NCBI GenBank assembly: GCA_964016885.1
Contig: OZ024744.1
Coordinates: forward strand, 20,832,001 to 20,896,000
From: Eledone cirrhosa
Taxonomy: Eukaryota
DNA length: 64,000 bases
Direction of reading: 5' to 3'
In this document: positions 43,701 to 57,800 of the stretch, piece by piece
Position numbering within the stretch: the stretch's first letter is position 1
Layout: each line of letters opens with the position of its first letter
The notes under the pieces: generated by a model
What the model was told of the DNA's origin: nothing
What the model saw: the letters and a program-made list of their open reading frames with translations, nothing else
The model's database searches: none
Program-made: the position numbers and the translations under genes

Positions 43701-45376
43701 CGTTTTAACAACAGTTGAATCTTAAGTACTGACTCGTTTTAACAACAGTTGAATCTTAAGATAAAACTCGTTTTTACAACAGTTGAATCTTATGAACTAA
43801 CTCATTTTAACAACAGTTGAATCTTAAGTTAAGACTCGTTTTAACAACAGGTGAATCTTAAGAACTGACTCGTTTTAACGACAGCTGAATCTTAAGATAA
43901 AACTCGTTTTAACAACAGTTGGATCTTAAGAACTGACTCGTTTTAACAACAGTTGAATCTTACGATAAAACTCGTTTTAACAACAGTTGAATCTTATGAA
44001 CTAACTCATTTTAACAATAGTTGAATCTTAAGTTAAGACTCGTTTTAACAACAGTTGAATCTTAAGAACTGACTCGTTTTAACAACAGTTGAATATTAAG
44101 ACAAAACCCGTTTTAACAACAGTTGAATCTTAAGAACTGTCTCGTTTTAACAACAGTTGAATCTTAAGATAAACCTCGTTTTAACAACAGTTTAATCTTA
44201 AGAACTGACTCGTTTTAACAACAGTTGAATCTTAAGACAAAACTCGTTTTAACAACAGTTGAATCTTAAGAACTGACTTGTTCTAACAACAGTTCAGCCT
44301 TAAGAACTGACTCGTTTTAAAACAGTTGAATCGTTAAAACTGACTCGTTTTAACAACAGTTGAATCTTAAAATAAAACTCGTTTTAACAATAGTTGAATC
44401 TCAAGAACTGACTCGTTTTAGCAACAGTTGAATCTTAAGATAACACTCGTTTTCATAACAGTTGTATCTTAAGAACTGACTCGTTTTAACAACAGTTAAA
44501 TCTTAATAATTGACTCGTTTTAACAACAGTTGAATGTTAAGATAAAACTCGTTTTAACAATAGTTGAATCTTAAGAACTGACTCGTTTTAACAACAGTTG
44601 AATGTTAAGATAAAACTCGTTTTAACAATAGTGGAATCTTAAGAACTGACTCGTTTTAACAACAGTTGAATCTTAAGATAAAAATCGTTTTAACAACAGT
44701 TGAATCTTAAGAACTGACTCGTTTTAACAACAGCTGAATCTTAAGATAAAACTCGTTTTAACAACAGTTCAAACTTAAGAAATGACTCGTTTTAACAAAA
44801 GTTGAATCTTATGAACTCACTCATTTTAACAACAGTTGAATCTTAAGATAACATTCGTTTTAACAACAGTTGAATCTTAAGAACTGATTCGTTTTAACAA
44901 CAGTTGAATCTTAAGATAAAACTGGTTTTAACAACAGTTGAATCTTAAGAACGGACTCGTTTTAACAACAGCTGAATCTTAAGATGAAACTCGTTTTAAC
45001 AACAGTTGAATCTTAAGAACTGATTCGTTTTAACAACAGTTCAAACTTAAGAACTGATTCGTTTTAACAACAGTTGAATCTTAAGATAACATTCGTTTTA
45101 ACAACAGTTGAATCTTACGAACTGACTCGTTTTAACAACAGTTGAATCTTAAGATAAAACTCGTTTTAACAACAGTTGAATCTTAAGAACTGACTCGTTT
45201 TAACGACAGCTGAATCTTAAGATAAATCTCGTTTTAACAACAGTTGAATCTTAAGAACTGACTCGTTTTAACGACAGCTGAATCTTAAGATAAAACTCGT
45301 TTTAACAACAGTTCAAACTTAAGAAATGACTCGTTTTAACAACAGTTGAATCTTATGAACTGACTTATTTTAACAA
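22830..45376. repeat. ~10,026-bp (295-monomer) near-identical tandem duplication, about 2.25 copies
   Basis: Markers seen only twice recur at +10025/+10026: AGCTTCTTCT 25361/35386, CTCGTTATAAC 27184/37209, GATTAAACTCG 31866/41892. TTCAGCC pairs 27947/37973, 28999/39025, 32909/42935 and 34267/44293 are all +10026. Colinearity ends at ~45376. Confidence 0.93.
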
Positions 45377-48300
45377 CCGTTGAATCTTAAGAACTGACTC
45401 GTTTTAACAACAGCTGAATCTCAAGATAAAACTCGTTTTAACAACAGTTGAATCTTAAGATAAAACTCGTTTTAACAACAGTTGAACCTTAAGTACTGAC
45501 TCGTTTTAACAACAGTTGAATCTTATGATAAAACTCGTTTTAACAACAGTTGAATCTTATGAGCTAACTCATTTTAACAACAGTTGAATCTTAAGTTAAG
45601 ACTCGTTTTAACAACAGTTGAATCTTAAGAACTGACTCGTTTTAACGACAGCTGAATCTTAAGACAAAACCCGTTTTAACAATAGTTGAATCTTAAGAAC
45701 TGACTCGTTTTAACAACAGTTGAATCTTAAGATAAAACTCGTTTTAACAACTGTTGAATCTTAAGAACTGACTCGTTTTAACAACAGCTGAATCTTAAGA
45801 TAAAACTCGTTTTAACAACAGTTGAATCTTAAGAACTGACTCGTTTTAACAACAGTTGAATCTTCAAATAAAACTCGTTTTAACAACAGTTGAATCTTAA
45901 GAACTGACTCGTTTTAACAACAGTTGAATGTTAAGATAAAACTCGTTTTAACAATAGTGGAATCTTAAGAACTGACTCGTTTTAACAACAGTTGAATCTT
46001 AAGATAAAACTCGTTTTAACAACAGTTGAATCTTAAGAACTGACTCGTTTTAACAACAGCTGAATCTTAAGATAAAACTCGTTTTAACAACAGTTCAAAC
46101 TTAAGAAATGACTCGTTTTAACAAAAGTTGAATCTTATGAACTCACTCATTTTAACAACAGTTGAATCTTAAGATAACATTCGTTTTAACAACAGTTGAA
46201 TCTTAAGAACTGATTCGTTTTAACAACAGTTGAATCTTAAGATAAAACTCGTTTTAACAACACTTGAATCTTAAGAACGGACTCGTTTTAACAACACCTG
46301 AATCTTAAGATAAAACTCGTTTTAACAACAGTTGAATCTTAAGAACTGATTCGTTTTAACAACAGTTCAAACTTAAGAACTGACTCGTTTTAACAACAGT
46401 TGAATCTTATGAACTGACTCATTTTAACAACAGTTGAATCTTAAGATAACATTCGTTTTAACAACAGTTGAATCTTAAGAACTGACTCGTTTTAACAACA
46501 GTTGAATCTTAAAGATAAAACTCGTTTCGACAACAGTTGAATCTTAAGAACTGACTCGTTTTAACAACAGCTGAATCTTAAGATAAAACTCGTTTTAACA
46601 ACAGTTGAATCTTAAGAACTGACTCGTTTTAACAACAGCTGAATCTTAAGATAAAACTCGTTTTAACAACAGTTGAATCTGAAGATAAAACTCGTTTTAA
46701 CAACAGTTGAATCTGAAGATAAAACTCGTTTTAACAACAGTTCAAACTTAAGAAATGACTCGTTTTAACAAAAGTTGAATCTTATGAACTCACTCATTTT
46801 AACAACAGTTGAATCTTAAGATAACATTCGTTTTAACAACAGTTGAATCTTAAGAACTGATTCGTTTTAATAACAGTTGAATGTTAAGATAAAACTCGTT
46901 TTAACAACAGTTGAATCTTAAGAACTGACTCGTTTTAACAACAGCTGAATCTTAAGATAAAACTCGTTTTAACAACAGTTGATTCTTAAGAACTGACTCG
47001 TTTTAACAACAGCTGAATCTTAAGATAAAACTCGTTTTAACAACAGTTGAATCTTAAGATAAAACTCGTTTTAACAACAGTTGAATCTTAAGAACTGACT
47101 CGTTTTAACAACAGTTGAATCTTAAGATAAAACTCGTTTTAACAACAGTTGAATCTTATGAACTAACTCATTTTAACAACAGTTGAATCTTAAGTTAAGA
47201 CTCGTTTTAACAACAGTTGAATCTTAAGAACTGACTCGTTTTAACGACAGCTGAATCTTAAGATAAAACTCGTTTTAACAACAGTTGGATCTTAAGAACT
47301 GACTCGTTTTAACAACAGTTGAATCTTACGATAAAACTCGTTTTAACAACAGTTGAATCTTATGAACTAACTCATTTTAACAACAGTTGAATCTTAAGTT
47401 AAGACTCGTTTTAACAACAGTTGAATCTTAAGAACTGACTCGTTTTAACAACAGTTGAATCTTAAGACAAAACCCGTTTTAACAACAGTTGAGTCTTAAG
47501 AACTGTCTCGTTTTAACAACATTTGAATCTTAAGACAAAACTCGTTTTAACAACAGTTGAATCTTAAGAACTGACTTGTTCTAACAACAGTTCAGCCTTA
47601 AGAACTGACTCGTTTTAAAACAGTTGAATCGTTAGAACTGACTCGTTTTAACAACAGTTGAATCTTAAAATAAAACTCGTTTTAACAAAGGTTGAATCTC
47701 AAGAACTGACTCGTTTTAGCAACAGTTGAATCTTAAGATAACACTCGTTTTCATAACAGTTGAATCTTAAGAACTGTCTCGTTTTAACAACAGTTGAATT
47801 TTAAGATAAACCTCGTTTTGACAACAGTTGAATCTTAAGAACTGACTCGTTTTAACAACAGTTAAATCTTAATAACTGACTCGTTTTAACAACAGTTGAA
47901 TGTTAAGATAAAACTCGTTTTAACAATAGTTGAATCTTAAGAACTGACTCGTTTTAACAACAGTTGAATCTTAAGATAAAACTCGTTTTAACAACTGTTG
48001 AATCTTAAGAACTGACTCGTTTTAACAACAGCTGAATCTTAAGATAAACTCGTTTTAACAACAGTTGAATCTTAAGAACTGACTCGTTTTAACAACAGTT
48101 GAATCTTCAAATAAAACTCGTTTTAACAACAGTTGAATCTTAAGAACTGACTCGTTTTAACAACAGTTGAATGTTAAGATAAAACTCGTTTTAACAATAG
48201 TGGAATCTTAAGAACTGACTCGTTTTAACAACAGTTGAATCTTAAGATAAAACTCGTTTTAACAACAGTTGAATCTTAAGAACTGACTCGTTTTAACAAC

Positions 48301-50700
48301 AGCTGAATCTTAAGATAAAACTCGTTTTAACAACAGTTGAATCTTAAGATAAAACTCGTTTTAACAACAGTTGAATCTTAAGTACTGACTCGTTTTAACA
48401 ACAGTTGAATCTTAAGATAAAACTCGTTTTTACAACAGTTGAATATTATGAGCTAACTCATTTTAACAACAGTTGAATCTTAAGTTAAGACTCGTTTTAA
48501 CAACAGGTGAATCTTAAGAACTGACTCGTTTTAACGACAGCTGAATCTTAAGATAAAACTCGTTTTAACAACAGTTGGATCTTAAGAACTGACTCGTTTT
48601 AACAACAGTTGAATCTTACGATAAAACTCGTTTTAACAACAGTTGAATCTTATGAACTAACTCATTTTAACAATAGTTGAATCTTAAGTTAAGACTCGTT
48701 TTAACAACAGTTGAATCTTAAGAACTGACTCGTTTTAACAACAGTTGAATATTAAGACAAAACCCGTTTTAACAACAGTTGAATCTTAAGAACTGTCTCG
48801 TTTTAACAACAGTTGAATCTTAAGATAAACCTCGTTTTAACAACAGTTTAATCTTAAGAACTGACTCGTTTTAACAACAGTTGAATCTTAAGACAAAACT
48901 CGTTTTAACAACAGTTGAATCTTAAGAACTGACTTGTTCTAACAACAGTTCAGCCTTAAGAACTGACTCGTTTTAAAACAGTTGAATCGTTAAAACTGAC
49001 TCGTTTTAACAACAGTTGAATCTTAAAATAAAACTCGTTTTAACAATAGTTGAATCTCAAGAACTGACTCGTTTTAGCAACAGTTGAATCTTAAGATAAC
49101 ACTCGTTTTCATAACAGTTGTATCTTAAGAACTGACTCGTTTTAACAACAGTTAAATCTTAATAATTGACTCGTTTTAACAACAGTTGAATGTTAAGATA
49201 AAACTCGTTTTAACAATAGTTGAATCTTAAGAACTGACTCGTTTTAACAACAGTTGAATGTTAAGATAAAACTCGTTTTAACAATAGTGGAATCTTAAGA
49301 ACTGACTCGTTTTAACAACAGTTGAATCTTAAGATAAAAATCGTTTTAACAACAGTTGAATCTTAAGAACTGACTCGTTTTAACAACAGCTGAATCTTAA
49401 GATAAAACTCGTTTTAACAACAGTTCAAACTTAAGAAATGACTCGTTTTAACAAAAGTTGAATCTTATGAACTCACTCATTTTAACAACAGTTGAATCTT
49501 AAGATAACATTCGTTTTAACAACAGTTGAATCTTAAGAACTGATTCGTTTTAACAACAGTTGAATCTTAAGATAAAACTGGTTTTAACAACAGTTGAATC
49601 TTAAGAACGGACTCGTTTTAACAACAGCTGAATCTTAAGATGAAACTCGTTTTAACAACAGTTGAATCTTAAGAACTGATTCGTTTTAACAACAGTTCAA
49701 ACTTAAGAACTGATTCGTTTTAACAACAGTTGAATCTTAAGATAACATTCGTTTTAACAACAGTTGAATCTTACGAACTGACTCGTTTTAACAACAGTTG
49801 AATCTTAAGATAAAACTCGTTTTAACAACAGTTGAATCTTAAGAACTGACTCGTTTTAACGACAGCTGAATCTTAAGATAAATCTCGTTTTAACAACAGT
49901 TGAATCTTAAGAACTGACTCGTTTTAACGACAGCTGAATCTTAAGATAAAACTCGTTTTAACAACAGTTCAAACTTAAGAAATGACTCGTTTTAACAACA
50001 GTTGAATCTTATGAACTGACTTATTTTAACAACAGTTGAATCTTAAGAACTGATTCGTTTTAACAACAGCTGAATCTTAAGATAAAACTCGTTTTAACAA
50101 CAGTTGAATCTTAAGAACTGACTCGTTTTAACAACAGCTGAATCTTAAGATAAAACTCGTTTTAACAACAGTTGAATCTTAAGATAAAACTCGTTTTAAC
50201 AACAGTTGAATCTTAAGAACTGACTCTTTTTAACAACAGTTGAATCTTAAGATAAAACTCGTTTTAACAACAGTTGAATCTTATGAGCTAACTCATTTTA
50301 ACAACAGTTGAATCTTAAGTTAAGACTCGTTTTAACAACAGTTGAATCTTAAGAACTGACTCGTTTTAACAACAGCTGAATCTTAAGATAAAACTCGTTT
50401 TAACAACCGTTGAATCTTAAGAACTGACTCGTTTTAACAACAGCTGAATCTCAACATAAAACTCGTTTTAACAACAGTTGAATCTTAAGATAAAACTCGT
50501 TTTAACAACAGTTGAATCTTAAGTACTGACTCGTTTTAACAACAGTTGAATCTTATGATAAAACTCGTTTTAACAACAGTTGAATCTTATGAGCTAACTC
50601 ATTTTAACAACAGTTGAATCTTAAGTTAAGACTCGTTTTAACAACAGTTGAATCTTAAGAACTGACTCGTTTTAACGACAGCTGAATCTTAAGACAAAAC
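25700..50700. repeat. Domain of ~4.7-5.3-kb HOR units (five consecutive intervals)
   Basis: The CAACCGTTG variant (CC position) is at 25700, 30457, 35725, 40483, 45377 and 50407: spacings 4757, 5268, 4758, 4894, 5030. TTCAGCC pairs 42935/47591 and 44293/48949 are both +4656. Confidence 0.88.
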
Positions 50701-53700
50701 CCGTTTTAACAACAGTTGAATCTTAAGATAAACCTCGTTTTAACAACAGTTTAATCTTAAGAACTGACTCGTTTTAACAACAGTTGAATCTTAACACAAA
50801 ACTCGTTTTAACAACAGTTGAATCTTAAGAACTGACTTGTTCTAACAACAGTTCAGCCTTAAGAACTGACTCGTTTTAAAACAGTTGAATCGTTAGAACT
50901 GACTCGTTTTAACAACAGTTGAATCTTAAAACAAAACTCGTTTTAACAATAGTTGAATCTCAAGAACTGATTCGTTTTAGCAACAGTTGAATCTTAAGAT
51001 AAAACTCGTTTTAACAACAGTTCAAACTTAAGAAATGACTCGTTTTAACAAAGGTTGAATCTTATGAACTCACTCATTTTAACAACAGTTGAATCTTAAG
51101 ATAACATTCGTTTTAAAAACAGTTGAATCTTAAGAACTGATTCGTTTTAACAACAGTTGAATCTTAAGATAAAACTCGTTTTAACAACAGTTGAATCTTA
51201 AGAACGGACTCGTTTTAACAACACCTGAATCTTAAGATAAAACTCGTTTTCACAACAGTTGAATCTTAAGAACTGATTCGTTTTAACAACAGTTCAAACT
51301 TAAGAACTGACTCGTTTTAACAACAGTTGAATCTTATGAACTGACTCATTTTAACAACAGTTGAATCTTAAGATAACATTCGTTTTAACAACAGTTGAAT
51401 CTTAAGAACTGACTCGTTTTAACAACAGTTGAATCTTAAAGATAAAACTCGTTTCGACAACAGTTGAATCTTAAAGAACTGACTCGTTTTAACAACAGCT
51501 GAATCTTAAGATAAAACTCGTTTTAACAACAGTTGAATCTTAAGATAAAACTCGTTTTAACAACAGTTGAATCTTAAGAACTGACTCGTTTTAACGACAG
51601 CTGAATCTTAAGATAAAACTCGTTTTAACAACAGTTCAAACTTAAGAAATGACTCGTTTTAACAACAGTTGAATCTTATGAACTGACTCATTTTAACAAC
51701 AGTTGAATCTTAAGAACTGATTCGTTTTAACAACAGTTGAATCTTAAGATAAAACTCGTTTTAACAACAGTTGAATCTTAAGATAAAACTCGTTTTCACA
51801 ACAGTTGAATCTTAAGATAAAACTCGTTTTAACAACAGTTGAATCTTAAGAACTGACTCGTTTTAACAACAGTTGAATCTTAAGATAAAACTCGTTTTAA
51901 CAACAGTTGAATCTTATGAGCGAACTCATTTTAACAACAGTTGAATCTTAAGTTAAGACTCGTTTTAACAACAGTTGAATCTTAAGAACTGACTCGTTTT
52001 AACAACAGCTGAATCTTAAGATAAAACTCGTTTTAACAACAGTTGAATCTTAAGAACTGACTCGTTTTAACAACAGCTGAATCTTAAGATAAAACTCGTT
52101 TTAACAACAGTTGAATCTTAAGATAAAACTCGTTTTAACAACAGTTGAATCTTAAGTACTGACTTGTTTTAACAACAGTTGAATCTTAAGATAAAACTCG
52201 TTTTAACAACAGTTGAATCTTAAGATAAAACTCGTTTTAACAACAGTTGAATCTTATGAACTAACTCATTTTAACAACAGTTGAATCTTAAGTTAAGAAT
52301 CGTTTTAACAACAGTTGAATCTTAAGATAAAACTCGTTTTAACAACAGTTCAAACTTAAGAAATGACTCGTTTTAACAAAAGTTGAATCTTATGAACTCA
52401 CTCATTTTAACAACAGTTGAATCTTAAGATAACATTCGTTTTAACAACAGTTGAATCTTAAGAACTGATTCGTTTTAATAACAGGTGAATGTTAAGATAA
52501 AACTCGTTTTAACAATAGTGGAATCTTAAGAACTGACTCGTTTTAACAACAGTTGAATCTTAAGATAAAACTCGTTTTAACAACAGTTGAATCTTATGAG
52601 CTAACTCATTTTAACAACAGTTGAATCTTAAGTTAAGACTCGTTTTAACAACAGTTGAATCTTAAGAACTGACTCGTTTTAACGACAGCTGAATCTTAAG
52701 ACAAAACCCGTTTTAACAACAGTTGAATCTTAAGAACTGTCTCGTTTTAACAACAGTTGAATCTTAAGATAAACCTCGTTTTAACAACAGTTTAATCTTA
52801 AGAACTGACTCGTTTTAACAACAGTTGAATCTTAAGACAAAACTCGTTTTAACAACAGTTGAATCTTAAGAACTGACTTGTTCTAACAACAGTTAAGCCT
52901 TAAGAACTGACTCGTTTTAAAACAGTTGAATCGTTAGAACTGACTCGTTTTAACAACAGTTGAATCTTAAAACAAAACTCGTTTTAACAATAGTTGAATC
53001 TCAAGAACTGACTCGTTTTAGCAACAGTTGAATCTTAAGATAACACTCGTTTTCATAACAGTTGAATCTTAAGAACTGTCTCGTTTTAACAACAGTTGAA
53101 TTTTAAGATAAACCTCGTTTTAACAACAGCTGAATCTTAAGATAAAACTCGTTTTAACAACAGTTCAAACTTAAGAAATGTCTCGTTTTAACAAAAGTTG
53201 AATCTTATGAACTCACTCATTTTAACAACAGTTGAATCTTAAGATAACATTCGTTTTAAAAACAGTTGAATCTTAAGAACTGATTCGTTTTAACAACAGT
53301 TGAATCTTAAGATAAAACTCGTTTTAACAACAGTTGAATCTTAAGAACGGACTCGTTTTAACAACACCTGAATCTTAAGATAAAACTCGTTTTAACAACA
53401 GTTGAATCTTAAGAACTGATTCGTTTTAACAACAGTTCAAACTTAAGAACTGACTCGTTTTAACAACAGTTGAATCTTATGAACTGACTCATTTTAACAA
53501 CAGTTGAATCTTAAGATAACATTCGTTTTAACAACAGTTGAATCTTAAGAACTGACTCGTTTTAACAACAGTTGAATCTTAAAGATAAAACTCGTTTCGA
53601 CAACAGTTGAATCTTAAAGAACTGACTCGTTTTAACAACAGCTGAATCTTAAGATAAAACTCGTTTTAACAACAGTTGAATCTTAAGATAAAACTCGTTT

Positions 53701-54800
53701 TAACAACAGTTGAATCTTAAGAACTGACTCGTTTTAACGACAGCTGAATCTTAAGATAAAACTCGTTTTAACAACAGTTCAAACTTAAGAAATGACTCGT
53801 TTTAACAACAGTTGAATCTTATGAACTGACTCATTTTAACAACAGTTGAATCTTAAGAACTGATTCGTTTTAACAACAGTTGAATCTTAAGATAAAACTC
53901 GTTTTAACAACAGTTGAATCTTAAGAACTTACTCGTTTTAACAACAGTTGAATCTTAAGATAAAACTCGTTTTAACAACAGTTGAATCTTAAGAACTGAC
54001 TCGTTTTAACAACAGCTGAATCTTAAGATAAAACTCGTTTTAACAACAGTTGAATCTTAAGATAAAACTCGTTTTAACAACAGTTGAATCTTAAGAACTG
54101 ACTCGTTTTAACAACAGTTGAATCTTAAGATAAAACTCGTTTTAACAACAGTTGAATCTTATGAGCTAACTCATTTTAACAACAGTTGAATCTTAAGTTA
54201 AGACTCGTTTTAACAACAGTTGAATCTTAAGAACTGACTCGTTTTAACAACAGCTGAATCTTAAGATAAAACTCGTTTTAACAACAGTTGAATCTTAAGA
54301 ACTGACTCGTTTTAACAACAGCTGAATCTTAAGATAAAACTCGTTTTAACAACAGTTGAATCTTAAGATAAAACTCGTTTTAACAACAGTTGAATCTTAA
54401 GTACTGACTTGTTTTAACAACAGTTGAATCTTAAGATAAAACTCGTTTTAACAACAGTTGAATCTTAAGATAAAACTCGTTTTAACAACAGTTGAATCTT
54501 ATGAACTAACTCATTTTAACAACAGTTGAATCTTAAGTTAAGACTCGTTTTAACAACAGTTGAATCTTAAGATAAAACTCGTTTTAACAACAGTTCAAAC
54601 TTAAGAAATGACTCGTTTTAACAAAAGTTGAATCTTATGAACTCACTCATTTTAACAACAGTTGAATCTTAAGATAACATTCGTTTTAACAACAGTTGAA
54701 TCTTAAGAACTGATTCGTTTTAATAACAGTTGAATGTTAAGATAAAACTCGTTTTAACAATAGTGGAATCTTAAGAACTGACTCGTTTTAACAACAGTTG
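50700..54800. repeat. Two copies of a ~2.0-2.25-kb HOR unit
   Basis: Landmark monomer 50852/52893 (+2041), AAAACAAAACTCG 50928/52969 (+2041) and GTACTGACTTG 52156/54401 (+2245). The offset grows through whole-monomer indels. Confidence 0.78.
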
Positions 54801-57800
54801 AATCTTAAGATAAAACTCGTTTTAACAACAGTTGAATCTTAAGAACTGACTCGTTTTAACGACAGCTGAATCTTAAGATAAAACTCGTTTTAACAACAGT
54901 TCAAACTTAAGAAATGACTCGTTTTAACAACAGTTGAATCTTATGAACTGACTCATTTTAACAACAGTTGAATCTTAAGAACTGATTCGTTTTAACAACA
55001 GTTGAATCTTAAGATAAAACTCGTTTTAACAACAGTTGAATCTTAAGAACTGACTCGTTTTAACAACAGCTGAATCTTAAGATAAAACTCGTTTTAACAA
55101 CAGTTGATTCTTAAGAACTGACTCGTTTTAACAACAGCTGAATCTTAAGATAAAACTCGTTTTAACAACAGTTGAATCTTAAGATAAAACTCGTTTTAAC
55201 AACAGTTGAATCTTAAGAACTGACTCGTTTTAACAACAGTTGAATCTTAAGATAAAACTCGTTTTAACAACAGTTGAATCTTATGAACTAACTCATTTTA
55301 ACAACAGTTGAATCTTAAGTTAAGACTCGTTTTAACAACAGTTGAATCTTAAGAACTGACTCGTTTTAACGACAGCTGAATCTTAAGATAAAACTCGTTT
55401 TAACAACAGTTGGATCTTAAGAACTGACTCGTTTTAACAACAGTTGAATCTTACGATAAAACTGGTTTTAACAACAGTTGAATCTTATGAACTAACTCAT
55501 TTTAACAACAGTTGAATCTTAAGTTAAGACTCGTTTTAACAACAGTTGAATCTTAAGAACTGACTCGTTTTAACAACAGTTGAATCTTAAGACAAAACCC
55601 GTTTTAACAACAGTTGAATCTTAAGAACTGTCTCGTTTTAACAACATTTGAATCTTAAGATAAACCTCGTTTTAACAACAGTTTAATCTTAAGAACTGAC
55701 TCGTTTTAACAACAGTTGAATCTTAAGACAAAACTCGTTTTAACAACAGTTGAATCTTAAGAACTGACTTGTTCTAACAACAGTTCAGCCTTAAGAACTG
55801 ACTCGTTTTAAAACAGTTGAATCGTTAGAACTGACTCGTTTTAACAACAGTTGAATCTTAAAATAAAACTCGTTTTAACAATAGTTGAATCTCAAGAACT
55901 GACTCGTTTTAGCAACAGTTGAATCTTAAGATAACACACGTTTTCATAACAGTTGAATCTTAAGAACTGTCTCGTTTTAACAACAGTTGAATTTTAAGAT
56001 AAACCTCGTTTTGACAACAGTTGAATCTTAAGAACTGACTCGTTTTAACAACATTTAAATCTTAATAACTGACTCGTTTTAACAACAGTTGAATGTTAAG
56101 ATAAAACTCGTTTTAACAATAGTTGAATCTTAAGAACTGACTCGTTTTAACAACAGTTGAATCTTAAGATAAAACTCGTTTTAACAACTGTTGAATCTTA
56201 AGAACTGACTCGTTTTAACAACAGCTGAATCTTAAGATAAAACTCGTTTTAACAACAGTTGAATCTTAAGAACTGACTCGTTTTAACAACAGTTGAATCT
56301 TCAAATAAAACTCGTTTTAACAACAGTTGAATCTTAAGAACTGACTCGTTTTAACAACAGTTGAATGTTAAGATAAAACTCGTTTTAACAATAGTGGAAT
56401 CTTAAGAACTGACTCGTTTTAACAACAGTTGAATCTTAAGATAAAACTCGTTTTAACAACAGTTGAATCTTAAGATAAAACTCGTTTTAACAACAGTTGA
56501 ATCTTAAGTACTGACTCGTTTTAACAACAGTTGAATCTTAAGATAAAACTCGTTTTTACAACAGTTGAATCTTATGAGCTAACTCATTTTAACAACAGTT
56601 GAATCTTAAGTTAAGACTCGTTTTAACAACAGTTGAATCTTAAGATAAAACTCGTTTTAACAACAGTTGGATCTTAAGAACTGACTCGTTTTAACAACAG
56701 TTGAATCTTACGATAAAACTCGTTTTAACAACAGTTGAATCTTATGAACTAACTCATTTTAACAACAGTTGAATCTTATGAACTAACTCATTTTAACAAC
56801 AGTTGAATCTTAAGTTAAGACTCGTTTTAACAACAGTTGAATCTTAAGAACTGACTCGTTTTAACAACAGTTGAATATTAAGACAAAACCCCTTTTAACA
56901 ACAGTTGAATCTTAAGAACTTTCTCGTTTTAACAACAGTTGAATCTTAAGATAAACCTCGTTTTAACAACAGTTTAATCTTAAGAACTGACTCGTTTTAA
57001 CAACAGTTGAATCTTAAGACAAAACTCGTTTTAACAACAGTTGAATCTTAAGAACTGACTTGTTCTAACAACAGTTCAGCCTTAAGAACTGACTCGTTTT
57101 AACAACAGTTGAATCGTTAAAACTGACTCGTTTTAACAACAGTTGAATCTTAAAATAAAACTCGTTTTAACAATAGTTGAATCTCAAGAACTGACTCGTT
57201 TTAGCAACAGTTGAATCTTAAGATAACACTCGTTTTCATAACAGTTGAATCTTAAGAACTGTCTCGTTTTAACAACAGTTGAATTTTAAGATAAACCTCG
57301 TTTTGACAACAGTTGAATCTTAAGAAATGACTCGTTTTAACAACAGTTAAATCTTAATAATTGACTCGTTTTAACAACAGTTGAATCTTAAGATAAAACT
57401 CGTTTTAACAACAGTTGAATCTTAAGAACTGACTCGTTTTAACAACAGTTGAATGTTAAGATAAAACTCGTTTTAACAATAGTGGAATGTTAAGAACTGA
57501 CTCGTTTTAACAACAGTTGAATCTTAAGATAAAACTCGTTTTAACAACAGTTGAATCTTAAGAACTGACTCGTTTTAACAACAGCTGAATCTTAAGATAA
57601 AACTCGTTTTAACAACAGTTCAAACTTAAGAAATGACTCGTTTTAACAAAAGTTGAATCTTATGAACTCACTCATTTTAACAACAGTTGAATCTTAAGAT
57701 AACATTCGTTTTAACAACAGTTGAATCTTAAGAACTGATTCGTTTTAACAACAGTTGAATCTTAAGATAAAACTCGTTTTAACAACAGTTGAATCTTAAG

